Notes under the pieces: generated by a model | Seen by the model: only the letters and a program-made list of their open reading frames with translations | What the model was told of the DNA's origin: nothing | Database searches by the model: none | Origin: an uncultured Chloroflexia bacterium | GTDB taxonomy: Bacteria > Chloroflexota > Chloroflexia > Thermomicrobiales > UBA6265 | Assembly (NCBI GenBank): GCA_963741805.1 | Contig: CAVUJR010000059.1 | Span: forward strand, 9,242 to 73,241 | Reading direction: 5' to 3' | Length of the DNA: 64,000 nt | Part shown: positions 47,710 to 55,818 of the stretch, piece after piece | Layout of the letters: every line of letters starts with the position of its first letter | Position numbering within the stretch: position 1 is the first letter of the stretch | Program-made: the position numbers and the translations under genes

Positions 47710-47981
47710 GCGTTTCTTCCTGGTTTCGTCGATTCCCGTACCGGCAGTTTCGCATAGTGGTGGAGGATATGGAAGTGTAGCCCTCGCATCGTAGGGGTCG
47801 TACCGTGTGTCGACCCCACCGGGTGGCCCTGCGAAGCAGGGCCAGAGCGAGAGCGACCCCTCGAGCCGCAGGGCACCCTAGCAGTGTCCACGGGACGATA
47901 CCCACGACGCGCAAGGGACCGATTCGCGGTCCTGCACGGCGCCCGGTTATCGACATTCGGTGACCAGGAGGCCACCTTCAT

Positions 47982-48027
47982 GTCGATGGGGTCGACACGG
48001 TCGTGGCTACGGCGGTCGACCCCTACG
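47982..48027. repeat. REP-like element GTCGATGGGGTCGACACGGTCGTGGCTACGGCGGTCGACCCCTACG
   Basis: Near-identical copy at 52223..52267. Related GGGGTCG..TCGACCCC hairpins at about 47795..47822 and 38374..38396. Confidence 0.8.
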
Positions 48028-48296
48028 CGGGATGGGGGACGGTTGGTACGAGGGCGCGGTGGTTGTGGCGCGGGGTTCGGCTTCGCCTGGGGCACCTTCG
48101 CGTTCGCTCAGGGTGACGTCCCTCTTGGGTGCGAGCGGGGTTGGCGGGAGCGGTTTTGGGTGCCGGTGGGAGGACATTCCCTTCGGGAAGTACCTATGCT
48201 ACGGAGGGCGGGGCGCGCCAGATTCGTCCGGATTATTAGCTGATATGATGGATGATAGTTCAGGCGACGAGTTGCAACGTCGCTGAAGGAGGCGCT

Positions 48297-48635
48297 ATGT
48301 CCAGGGCTGTATCAGCCAACGAGGCCAAGAACCGATTGGGATCGCTGCTACGCTCCGTGAGCGCGGAGGGCGAAGAAGTGATCGTGGAGAGCCACGGCAA
48401 GCCCAAGGCGGTGCTGATCTCGTTCGAAGCGTACGAGGAAGTGCTGGCGCTGCGGGAGCAGAAGCGACGGGCCGATGCGCTGGCGGAACTGCGGGCGTTG
48501 CGGGACGAGGTGCGGGCGCGGAACGCATCCATGGGCGCGGACGAGGTGGAGGCGCTGGCCGACCGCGTGTCGCGGGAGATCGTAGACGACCTGGCGGCGT
48601 CGGAGGCGGTGACGTTCGAGCGGGACGGGCGTTAG
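48297..48635 (+). CDS. Phd/YefM-family antitoxin
   Basis: VSANEAKNRLGSLLRSVSAEGEEVIVESHGKPKAVLISFEAYE is the classic Phd/YefM N-domain. Confidence 0.8.
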   Translation: MSRAVSANEAKNRLGSLLRSVSAEGEEVIVESHGKPKAVLISFEAYEEVLALREQKRRADALAELRALRDEVRARNASMGADEVEALADRVSREIVDDLAASEAVTFERDGR

Positions 48636-48638
48636 CCA

Positions 48639-49085
48639 ATGGCGATTCGCGCATTGCTGGATGCGAACGTCTTCATCAGTTACCTCCTCTCCCCTGACGG
48701 GTCCTCGGCGACGATCCGGACCGTAGAGGGCGCGTTTACGGGGGCGTACCAGATGTTGCTGCCCGAGGGGGTGATCGCGGAGCTGCGCGGGAAGACGGCG
48801 ACAAAGCCGTGGTTAGCGGCGCGGATTCGGCCCGAAGAGACGGAGCGACTGGTTCGGCTGCTGACGGCGGTTGCGGAGGTGGTGCCGGAGATCGGGGAGC
48901 CGTTGCCGGAGGTCGGGCGGGACCGGAAGGACGATTACCTGTTCGCGCACGCGGTGGTCGGGCGGGCGGATTTCCTGGTGTCCGGAGACAAGGGCGTGCA
49001 GGCGGTCGGCCAGATCGGCACGGTGCGCGTGGTGAGCCCAGCGGGGTTTCTCGATGCGATCGAGGGCGATGCGGCGGGCACGTAG
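48639..49085 (+). CDS. PIN-domain toxin (TIGR00305-like)
   Basis: LLDANVFISYLL, DRKDDYLFAHAV and DFLVSGDKG are PIN acidic motifs. It starts 3 nt after the antitoxin stop. Confidence 0.85.
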   Translation: MAIRALLDANVFISYLLSPDGSSATIRTVEGAFTGAYQMLLPEGVIAELRGKTATKPWLAARIRPEETERLVRLLTAVAEVVPEIGEPLPEVGRDRKDDYLFAHAVVGRADFLVSGDKGVQAVGQIGTVRVVSPAGFLDAIEGDAAGT

Positions 49086-49178
49086 CGGCAGTCGGTCGTC
49101 GTTCAGCGGGCGCTCTACAGGGAGGGTGAGTGCTTGAAACTCACCCTCCGTCAGTTCACCTGCGTGCGGGATCTCGTG

Positions 49179-49472
49179 TCAGCCAAGCTGGTCGAGGATG
49201 CCCTGCGTCTCACTTTCGTCGAAGGCGCGGAGGGTCCGGGAGCGGATGTTTCCGGCGCCCGCGAGCTGCAGCAGGATCGCTGCGACCGTGGCGTCGTCCG
49301 GGGCATTGAGGACCCCGACGAGGTCGAACTCGCCCAGCGTCCAGTAGAGCGACTCGATGGTGACCCCGCGGGATTCCCAGGCGGCGCGGGCCTGGGCGGC
49401 GCGCTGGACGCTGTCCGAGGCGTTGCGGACGCCCTGGTCCGTCCAGTTCATGAGCACGACATAGCGGGACAT
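49179..49472 (-). CDS. GYD-domain protein
   Basis: MSRYVVLMNWTDQG...YWTLGEFDLVGVLNAPDDATVAAILLQLAGAGNIRSRTLRAF. Confidence 0.8.
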   Translation of the reverse strand: MSRYVVLMNWTDQGVRNASDSVQRAAQARAAWESRGVTIESLYWTLGEFDLVGVLNAPDDATVAAILLQLAGAGNIRSRTLRAFDESETQGILDQLG

Positions 49473-49777
49473 GGCGGATCTCCTGGCGTAGCCCCGTGTG
49501 CGGCCTGCCATGGCCGCGCAGGCCATGTCGCCAGCGTATCACCCGCCGTGGCGGATCCTTACGTCGTGGCACCTTTCGCCCTTCGCGGGGTGACGAGGGG
49601 GGCAGCCCTTTGGCGGGAGGTGTTCCGGGCGCTCGAGCGGGAGGGCAGAAAGGGTCGCTACCGCTTTCCGGCCGAGCGCGCAGCGGCGTGATGGGCCGAT
49701 TGCGGGTTGATGCGAGGGTCCGTCGGATAACGGGCCTGTTCATGCGCGCGTGCATGCATGTGGCCGCACGACCTCCC

Positions 49778-50980
49778 CTACGCGGGCAAGGGTTGCGGGG
49801 TCGGGGTCAGCCAGGCGAGGAGCACGGACGCCAGGCCGACCAGCGCCATGACGACGCCGACGACGGCGAACCCGCCGGCGGCGAGCAGGATGCCGCCGAG
49901 GCCAGCGCCGGCCGACGCGCCGATGTTGAGCAGCGCGGAGTTGAGCACGAGCGTGGTGCCGGCGCCCACCGGGGTCTCCTCGGTGATCAGGGAGGTGAGC
50001 GCGACCCAGCCGACGGCGGCGGCGAAGGCGGCGACCACGACGGCGGCGATCGTGATGACCAGGTCGAACGCGGCGGTGAACGCGAGCAGCAGCGCGATCG
50101 CCATGACGAGGTTGCTGACGGCGAGCAGGCGGCGGGGCGGCAGGCTGGCGAGGCGGCCTCCGCCAATGAGGCTGCCGGCGAGGTAGCCGGATCCGCCGAG
50201 CATGTAGACGAGCCCGATCTGCCCGGTGGAGCGGTCGAACTCGTCGGCGAGCAGGGCGCCCAGGTAGGTGATCAGCCCGAGCCAGGTCACGGCGCGCGTG
50301 ACGGTGCAGCCGAACAGGCGGCGCATGCCGACGTCATGGAGGAGTGGACGGTAGGTGCCGAGGACGCCGCGCCAGCGGAACGGCCCGCTGACCGGGCGTG
50401 GCTCAGGCGGGAGCCAGGTAGCGACGAGGACGGTGGCCACGACCGTCGCGGCGCCGGCTGAGAGGAAGGCGATGCGCCAGCCGGCCGCGTCGCCGATGGT
50501 GGTGAGGATCGGGACCCCGATGATCGGGGCGCTGGCGAGGGCGCCGACGGTCCAGCCGATCGCCCGTCGCGATTCCGGGCCGGAGAAGCGGGTGCCGGCG
50601 ATGGCCAGCGAGAGGCCGGGGACGGTGGCTTCGGCGATGCCGCCGGCGATGGCGGCGATCAGGAGGACGGAGAAGACCGGCGCCAGCGCGAAATCAAAGA
50701 GGCTGAGGGCGGCGGCGGCGAGGCCGGTGACGATGAAGCGCCTGGGGCCGAGGTGGTCCGCCAGGGGGCCGACGACGAGGGCCAGCGCGGCGCTCATGAT
50801 CATCATGGTGGCGGTGACCTGGCCGAGCAGGCCGACGCTGACGCCGAGATCGTCGGAGATGGCGGGGAGGAACGGGGCCGGGGCGGCGAAGGTGAGCGTG
50901 GTGACAAAGGAGCCGATGCAGAGGGCGGGCAGCACGAACCGGCCGCGGGTCGGTCGGGCTGGCTCGATGGCATGATCCAT
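49778..50980 (-). CDS. MFS transporter
   Basis: 12-TM pattern with a GPLADHLGPRR loop motif. Confidence 0.8.
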   Translation of the reverse strand: MDHAIEPARPTRGRFVLPALCIGSFVTTLTFAAPAPFLPAISDDLGVSVGLLGQVTATMMIMSAALALVVGPLADHLGPRRFIVTGLAAAALSLFDFALAPVFSVLLIAAIAGGIAEATVPGLSLAIAGTRFSGPESRRAIGWTVGALASAPIIGVPILTTIGDAAGWRIAFLSAGAATVVATVLVATWLPPEPRPVSGPFRWRGVLGTYRPLLHDVGMRRLFGCTVTRAVTWLGLITYLGALLADEFDRSTGQIGLVYMLGGSGYLAGSLIGGGRLASLPPRRLLAVSNLVMAIALLLAFTAAFDLVITIAAVVVAAFAAAVGWVALTSLITEETPVGAGTTLVLNSALLNIGASAGAGLGGILLAAGGFAVVGVVMALVGLASVLLAWLTPTPQPLPA

Positions 50981-51192
50981 GGCCAGGTCCTTGGATGATG
51001 GGGAGTTTGGTCGTGGGACCCACCGTTAGTCTATCGCCGGCCGGGGCGGATTGCACCTGTTGGCATGGCCAACCGAGCGACGCGGGGGCTGATCGCGGCA
51101 CGGCTTCTGCGTTTGGTGTTCGCAACCGAATGTTCGGCAGGGACGGCGGGTCGATCCGGGCCGGTGTCCCTCACACGAAAGGGTCTTTTTTC

Positions 51193-51348
51193 ATGGCAAC
51201 GATTATCTGGTGGATTATCGCGATCATTATCATCTTCTGGATCATTGGCCTGGTCGGGAGTATCGGCGGAAGCCTGATCCACCTGTTGCTGGTGGTTGCG
51301 CTGATCCTGCTGGTCTTCAACCTGGTCACGGGGCGCCGCGGCGTCTAG
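51193..51348 (+). CDS. Lmo0937-family small membrane protein
   Basis: MATIIWWIIAIIIIFWIIGLVGSIGGSLIHLLLVVALILLVFNLVTGRR matches the family consensus. Confidence 0.7.
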   Translation: MATIIWWIIAIIIIFWIIGLVGSIGGSLIHLLLVVALILLVFNLVTGRRGV

Positions 51349-51445
51349 CTCTCGCGAGACGATAGCGCGCACAGGGGTGCGGGGCATGGCCGGGTGACCG
51401 GCTGGCCTCGCGCCCCTTTTTCGTGTGCGGGTGGCGGAAGGGTGT

Positions 51446-51796
51446 TTACGATGCGTCCGAATCCCCAAGCAGCGCCCGAAGTTCTTCCTGGATGTTCGGG
51501 ATGTCGGTTTTGGCTATGGCCCAAATGATGACGGGGTCCACGCTGGTGTAGCCGTGGATGAGGCGGTTCCGCATGTCGACGGCCAGCTGCCGGTCTGTAA
51601 CCACATCGCTTAGCGACGGGTCATGCTGCACCACCTTGTTGAGGGCTTCTCCGAGGACGGCGAAGGCATAGTAGGTTGCCCGCTGGCGCATGGTGTCCGC
51701 CAGGAATCCTTCGAGATCAACACTCCCGGTATCCGCGAGGATCTCCTCTGTCGCGGTGAGGGCATCATGCAGCAGCTTGCGCGTCTGCCGGTCCAT
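51446..51796 (-). CDS. hepT: HepT-like (DUF86) ribonuclease toxin
   Basis: RNRLIHGYTSVD (Rx4HxY). A GAGGAGG RBS lies inside the 3' end of the upstream MNT gene. Confidence 0.85.
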   Translation of the reverse strand: MDRQTRKLLHDALTATEEILADTGSVDLEGFLADTMRQRATYYAFAVLGEALNKVVQHDPSLSDVVTDRQLAVDMRNRLIHGYTSVDPVIIWAIAKTDIPNIQEELRALLGDSDAS

Positions 51797-52094
51797 AGAC
51801 CAGCCTCCTCGTCTCCATAACTTCATCCCGGAGGTACGGATTCCCCAGCGCATTCACGGTGATGAGGTCGACTGGCCGTCCGGTAAGGTCTTCCAGGTCG
51901 TGTTGGAGGCCAAAGAAGCGCCGGTGGATGCCGTCATCGTAGTCGCCGAGGTCGACCAGGACGTCGATGTCGCTGGTTTCGGGCTTCCATGCGTCCCTGG
52001 TAGCGGAGCCGAAGACCCAGAGGGCCTTGACGCGGTGCGTGCGGCAGAGGTCGGCGATGGCGTCGCGGTTGTCCTCGATGATGGGGGCGAGCAT
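51765..52094 (-). CDS. mntA: MNT-type nucleotidyltransferase antitoxin
   Basis: LWVFGSATRDAWKPETSDIDVLVDL (GS..DxD NTase motif). Intact. Confidence 0.8.
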   Translation of the reverse strand: MLAPIIEDNRDAIADLCRTHRVKALWVFGSATRDAWKPETSDIDVLVDLGDYDDGIHRRFFGLQHDLEDLTGRPVDLITVNALGNPYLRDEVMETRRLVYGPADAQAAA

Positions 52095-52222
52095 GGCGGC
52101 TCCTCTCGGGCGGGTACGTGTGCGCGGTTCCATGATAGCGGAGCGGCCGGCCGGGAATTGTCGCACGTGAGGCGATGACGAACATCGCCCCTACGATACC
52201 GGGGCGAGATGGGCGGACGCCA

Positions 52223-52267
52223 GTCGATGGGTCGACACGGTCGTGGCTACGGCGGGCGACCCCTACG
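52223..52267. repeat. REP-like element, second copy of 47982..48027
   Basis: GTCGATGGGTCGACACGGTCGTGGCTACGGCGGGCGACCCCTACG. It overlaps the serpin stop codon. Confidence 0.8.
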
Positions 52268-53549
52268 AGGGGTTGGTGACGCGGCCGAGGAAGAGGATGG
52301 CGCCGGTGCGGTCGTCGCGGATGGCGAAGAGGAACGGGCGATCGATGCGGAGCTCGAGGGGTTCTTTCTCCGGCGCGGGGGCGCCCTCCCCGACCATGAT
52401 GACGACGGTGGCGGCGGCGGCCTCGGTGCCGTTCTCGTCGACGGCGATGAAGGCCTTGTGGAGGACGTCGCCGATGGCGAGGGTGTCGTCCGGCGGGGTG
52501 GCGGTCGTCGGCGATCATGCCGGAGAAGTCGGCGCGGTCGGGGTCGAAGGCGTCGGTCATGCCGAGGGCCTGCAGGGTGTCGGCGAGGCTGGCGGAGGTG
52601 TCGAACTCCCATTTCGGCAGGTAGAGGTGGATGCGGGTCCAGGCGAGGGCGTCGATGGCGTCCTGCAGGGTGCCGGGGTCGAGCGATGCCTCGACGGCGT
52701 CGAACTCGCCCTCGTCCGGGAGGATGATCGTCATGCCGAAGCCGGGGGCGGCGTACGGGAGGTCGACGACCTGCATGCCGTCGAGGGCGGCGTAGGCGAA
52801 CGACTCGGTCTGGCGCATGAAGGGCACGTCGACGGGGGTGCCGTCGAGCGGGTGGAAGGGCTCGTCGGCGGTGTTCTCCTCGTCGAAGGTGTTCTGCCAG
52901 GCGCCGTAGAACCAGATGGCGTTGGCGAGGACGAGGCGGGTGAGCGCGGTGATGGCGCCTTCGGGGACGATGTCCTGGATGCGGCCCTCGGTCCCCTCTT
53001 CCACCCAGGCGTTGATGTCGTCGCGGGCGGCGTCGGGCTCGTTCCTGAAGTCTTCGAGCTCGATGCCGGCGCCGTAGGTGGCGTCCAGCGCGTCGATGAA
53101 GGCGGGGTCAAACGGGAAGGTCTGCTCGCCGAAGAGGGCGTTCGCGATGCGGAGGCCGCTTTCGGCGGTGCCGCGATCGGGGTCGGCTTCCTGGTTGCCG
53201 CGGTCGAGGAGATCGGCGGTGAGGGCGGCGAAGGTTTGTGCAGGGTGTCCGCCGGCACGGTGAAGCCGAGGGTGGTGGCCATTTGGGTTGCGGTGTCGCC
53301 ACGGGCGCCGGCGGAGGTCATGGCGAGGGCGAGGGCGATGCTGTAGGGCGAGATGATGAGGTTGCCGGAGCCGGATTCGGCGCGGAGCTCGCGGTAGAGA
53401 TCGAGCGCGAAGCCGGTGAGGCCGCTGGCGAGGGTCGCCGGGCCGGGAATCGGCTCCGGGGAGGCGTCCTGGGCGGTGGCGCGGGTCGCGATGGTGGCGG
53501 CGAGGGCGCTGGCGGCGATGAGGGCGCGGCGGTCGATGGTGTGGTGCAT
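52263..53549 (-). pseudogene. Serpin-family protease inhibitor with Tat-type signal, two apparent frame disruptions (about 53233 and 52491)
   Basis: Three pieces lie in three frames: RRALIAASALAATIATRATAQD..NLIISPYSIALALAM; FAALTADL..DINAWVEEGTEGRIQDIV..LANAIWFYGAW; and LHKAFIAVDENGTEAAAAT..IDRPFLFAIRD. Confidence 0.8.
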
Positions 53550-53808
53550 GGTGGCCTCCGGGGTTGGCGCGGATGGGCGGTCTCTTATGGAAGAACGATC
53601 CGAATCGTCACGCCGTTCCGCATACGGTTATGTATGCCCAAACCAGCATTGACTTTTGATCTGGCGTAAACTTCCGAAAGGACGACACAACGGCGGCGCG
53701 TCGCCATGTTTTCCTGGCGACGCCAATACAGCCACAGGACGAGACGCCCGCGACTGGTTGAGGAGCCGCGCGGGGCCCCGGCCGGCGGCCACGACAGGGA
53801 GCGCACGG

Positions 53809-55818
53809 ATGCCATACACGCCGACCTCCGCCACGGATGCCGCGACAGCCACGCTTGACCGCCTCTCGCAGCTGGCGGGAACGCGGTTCGAGTCGCTGGA
53901 GGACGCGACAGAGGCCGTGCTCGTGACAATGACGGATCTGCTCGGGATGCGGACGTCGTGGGTCACAGAGCTGGACAGCGCGGCGTGTGACCTGACGGTG
54001 AAGCACTCGCACAAGGAACCGGGCGGGTTCGATATGCCGCGCGGTGCCGCGGCACCGGTGGCCGCGACATTCTGTAGCGCGATCATCAACGCCGTCGAGC
54101 CACGGCCGTTGATCATCGAGGACGTCCGCAACGACCCGCATTTTTCCCAATGCCTGGCGGCGAAGACATTCCCGCGCGTGGGGTCGTATGTCGGCGTGCC
54201 GATCATGCTGAGCGACGGGACGCTGCATGGAACGCTCTGCGCGAGCGATGCGGCGCCAACGCGGATCACGCCGCAGCAGGCGCAGTTGCTGTCCGTGCTG
54301 TCGCGGCTGTTGGCGACGCAGATCGAGCGCGACGGGGAGTTCGCGGCCCGCGTCCAGGCGGAGGAGCGCTTCCACGCCTTTATGGATCACACGCCGGCGA
54401 TCGGGTACATGAAGGACCCCGAGGGGCGCTACGTGTTCGCGAACCGGCCCTGGTCCGACGCGTTCGGGCATGAGCCGGGATGGATCATCGGGAAGACGGA
54501 CGTCGACTGGCTCGACGCGGAAACGGCCCGGCAGGTACGCGAGAACGACGCGGCCGTGTTGCGATCGGGGCAAGTACAGAGGCTCTACGAGACGTCTCTC
54601 GACCCGGACGGGAGGCCTCGCTACTGGTACTCGATCAAGTTCCCGGTGACGGACGGCGACGGGGCGGTCTATCTCGGCGGGGTGTCGGCGGACATCACCG
54701 ACCAGCGCGAGCAGGAACTGCAGCGGGCGCTGCTTGCGGAGATCGTCGACAACACGCAGGACGCGATCTACTCGAAGACGCTCGACGACGTGGTGCTGAC
54801 GTGGAACCGCTCGGCGGAACGGCTCTATGGCTACACGGCGGAGGAAATAATCGGGCAGCGGCTGGATATCCTGCTGCCGGCGGACCTCGCGGACGACCTG
54901 GCGCGTATTCATGAGCGGCTGGAGCGTGGTGAGCGCGTGACGCAGTACGAGACGCGGCGGTGCACGAAGGACGGCCGGACCATCGATGTGTCGCTCACGC
55001 TGTCGCTGATCCGGGACGCCGAGGGCGAGATCGCGGGGGTTTCGACAATCGCGCGGGATATCACGGAGCACAAGCGGCTGGTCGCCGAGCGCGACCGGCT
55101 GTACGGCGAGCTGCGCGAAGAGGTGGCGCGGGCGGCGGAGATCCAGGCGCACCTGCTGCCGACGTCGGTGCCGCGGATAGCGGGGTTCGAGTTCGCGGCG
55201 ATATGCCGGCCCGCGCGCGAGGTGGGCGGCGACTTCTTCGACTGGGCGGAGACCGACGACGGCGTGCGACTGGTGCTGGCCGACGTGACCGGCAAGGGCA
55301 TGGCGGCGGCGCTGCTGATGGCGACCACGCGGGCGGCGTTGCGGGCGGCGTCACACCTGCCGGTGGACGAGGCGATCACGACGGTGAACCGGACGCTGAT
55401 GGCGGACCTGGCGTCGTCGGACGCGTTCGTGACGATGTTCCACGCCGAGGTCCGGCCAGACGGTCGGGTGACGTTCACCGACGCCGGCCACGGCATGGCG
55501 CTGATCATCCGGCGGGACGGGGCGGTGGAGCCGCTGCGGCATCGGCAGGTGCCGATCGGCATTATGCCGGAACCACCATATACTGCGACGGAGACGCAAC
55601 TGGAACCGGGCGACACCCTGCTCGTCTATAGCGACGGCCTTCCGGACGCCCGGCCCGACCTGGAGCTCGACCACCCGGCGAACGTGGCGGCGCTCTGCGG
55701 TCGCGGCGGCGACGCGAGGCAGATGCTGGCGTCACTCGAGCGCGTGACTGAGGGCCATGGTCCTCGACCTGACGACCTGACCCTCATCGCCGTTCGACGG
55801 CAGGAGCACCGCGTGTGA
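53809..55818 (+). CDS. GAF-PAS-PAS sensor fused to a PP2C (SpoIIE/RsbU-type) serine phosphatase
   Basis: GAF (..YVGVPIMLSDGTLHGTLCASD). Two PAS S-boxes (..YWYSIKFPV.., ..TIDVSLTLSLIRD). SpoIIE motifs (GGDFFDW, LADVTGKGMAAAL, YSDGLPDA). Confidence 0.85.
   Translation: MPYTPTSATDAATATLDRLSQLAGTRFESLEDATEAVLVTMTDLLGMRTSWVTELDSAACDLTVKHSHKEPGGFDMPRGAAAPVAATFCSAIINAVEPRPLIIEDVRNDPHFSQCLAAKTFPRVGSYVGVPIMLSDGTLHGTLCASDAAPTRITPQQAQLLSVLSRLLATQIERDGEFAARVQAEERFHAFMDHTPAIGYMKDPEGRYVFANRPWSDAFGHEPGWIIGKTDVDWLDAETARQVRENDAAVLRSGQVQRLYETSLDPDGRPRYWYSIKFPVTDGDGAVYLGGVSADITDQREQELQRALLAEIVDNTQDAIYSKTLDDVVLTWNRSAERLYGYTAEEIIGQRLDILLPADLADDLARIHERLERGERVTQYETRRCTKDGRTIDVSLTLSLIRDAEGEIAGVSTIARDITEHKRLVAERDRLYGELREEVARAAEIQAHLLPTSVPRIAGFEFAAICRPAREVGGDFFDWAETDDGVRLVLADVTGKGMAAALLMATTRAALRAASHLPVDEAITTVNRTLMADLASSDAFVTMFHAEVRPDGRVTFTDAGHGMALIIRRDGAVEPLRHRQVPIGIMPEPPYTATETQLEPGDTLLVYSDGLPDARPDLELDHPANVAALCGRGGDARQMLASLERVTEGHGPRPDDLTLIAVRRQEHRV

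Noticed and set aside
53608-55152. 514-aa minus-strand ORF, and similar ORFs at 7532..8689, 22638..23834, 26118..27224, 24640..26238, 30609..31817 and 62361..63614
   Set aside because: All are antisense to well-supported genes (PP2C sensor, PQQ dehydrogenase, DLH, permease, ArgH-like, amidohydrolase, HAD). They are Arg/Pro/His-rich with no recognisable motifs.
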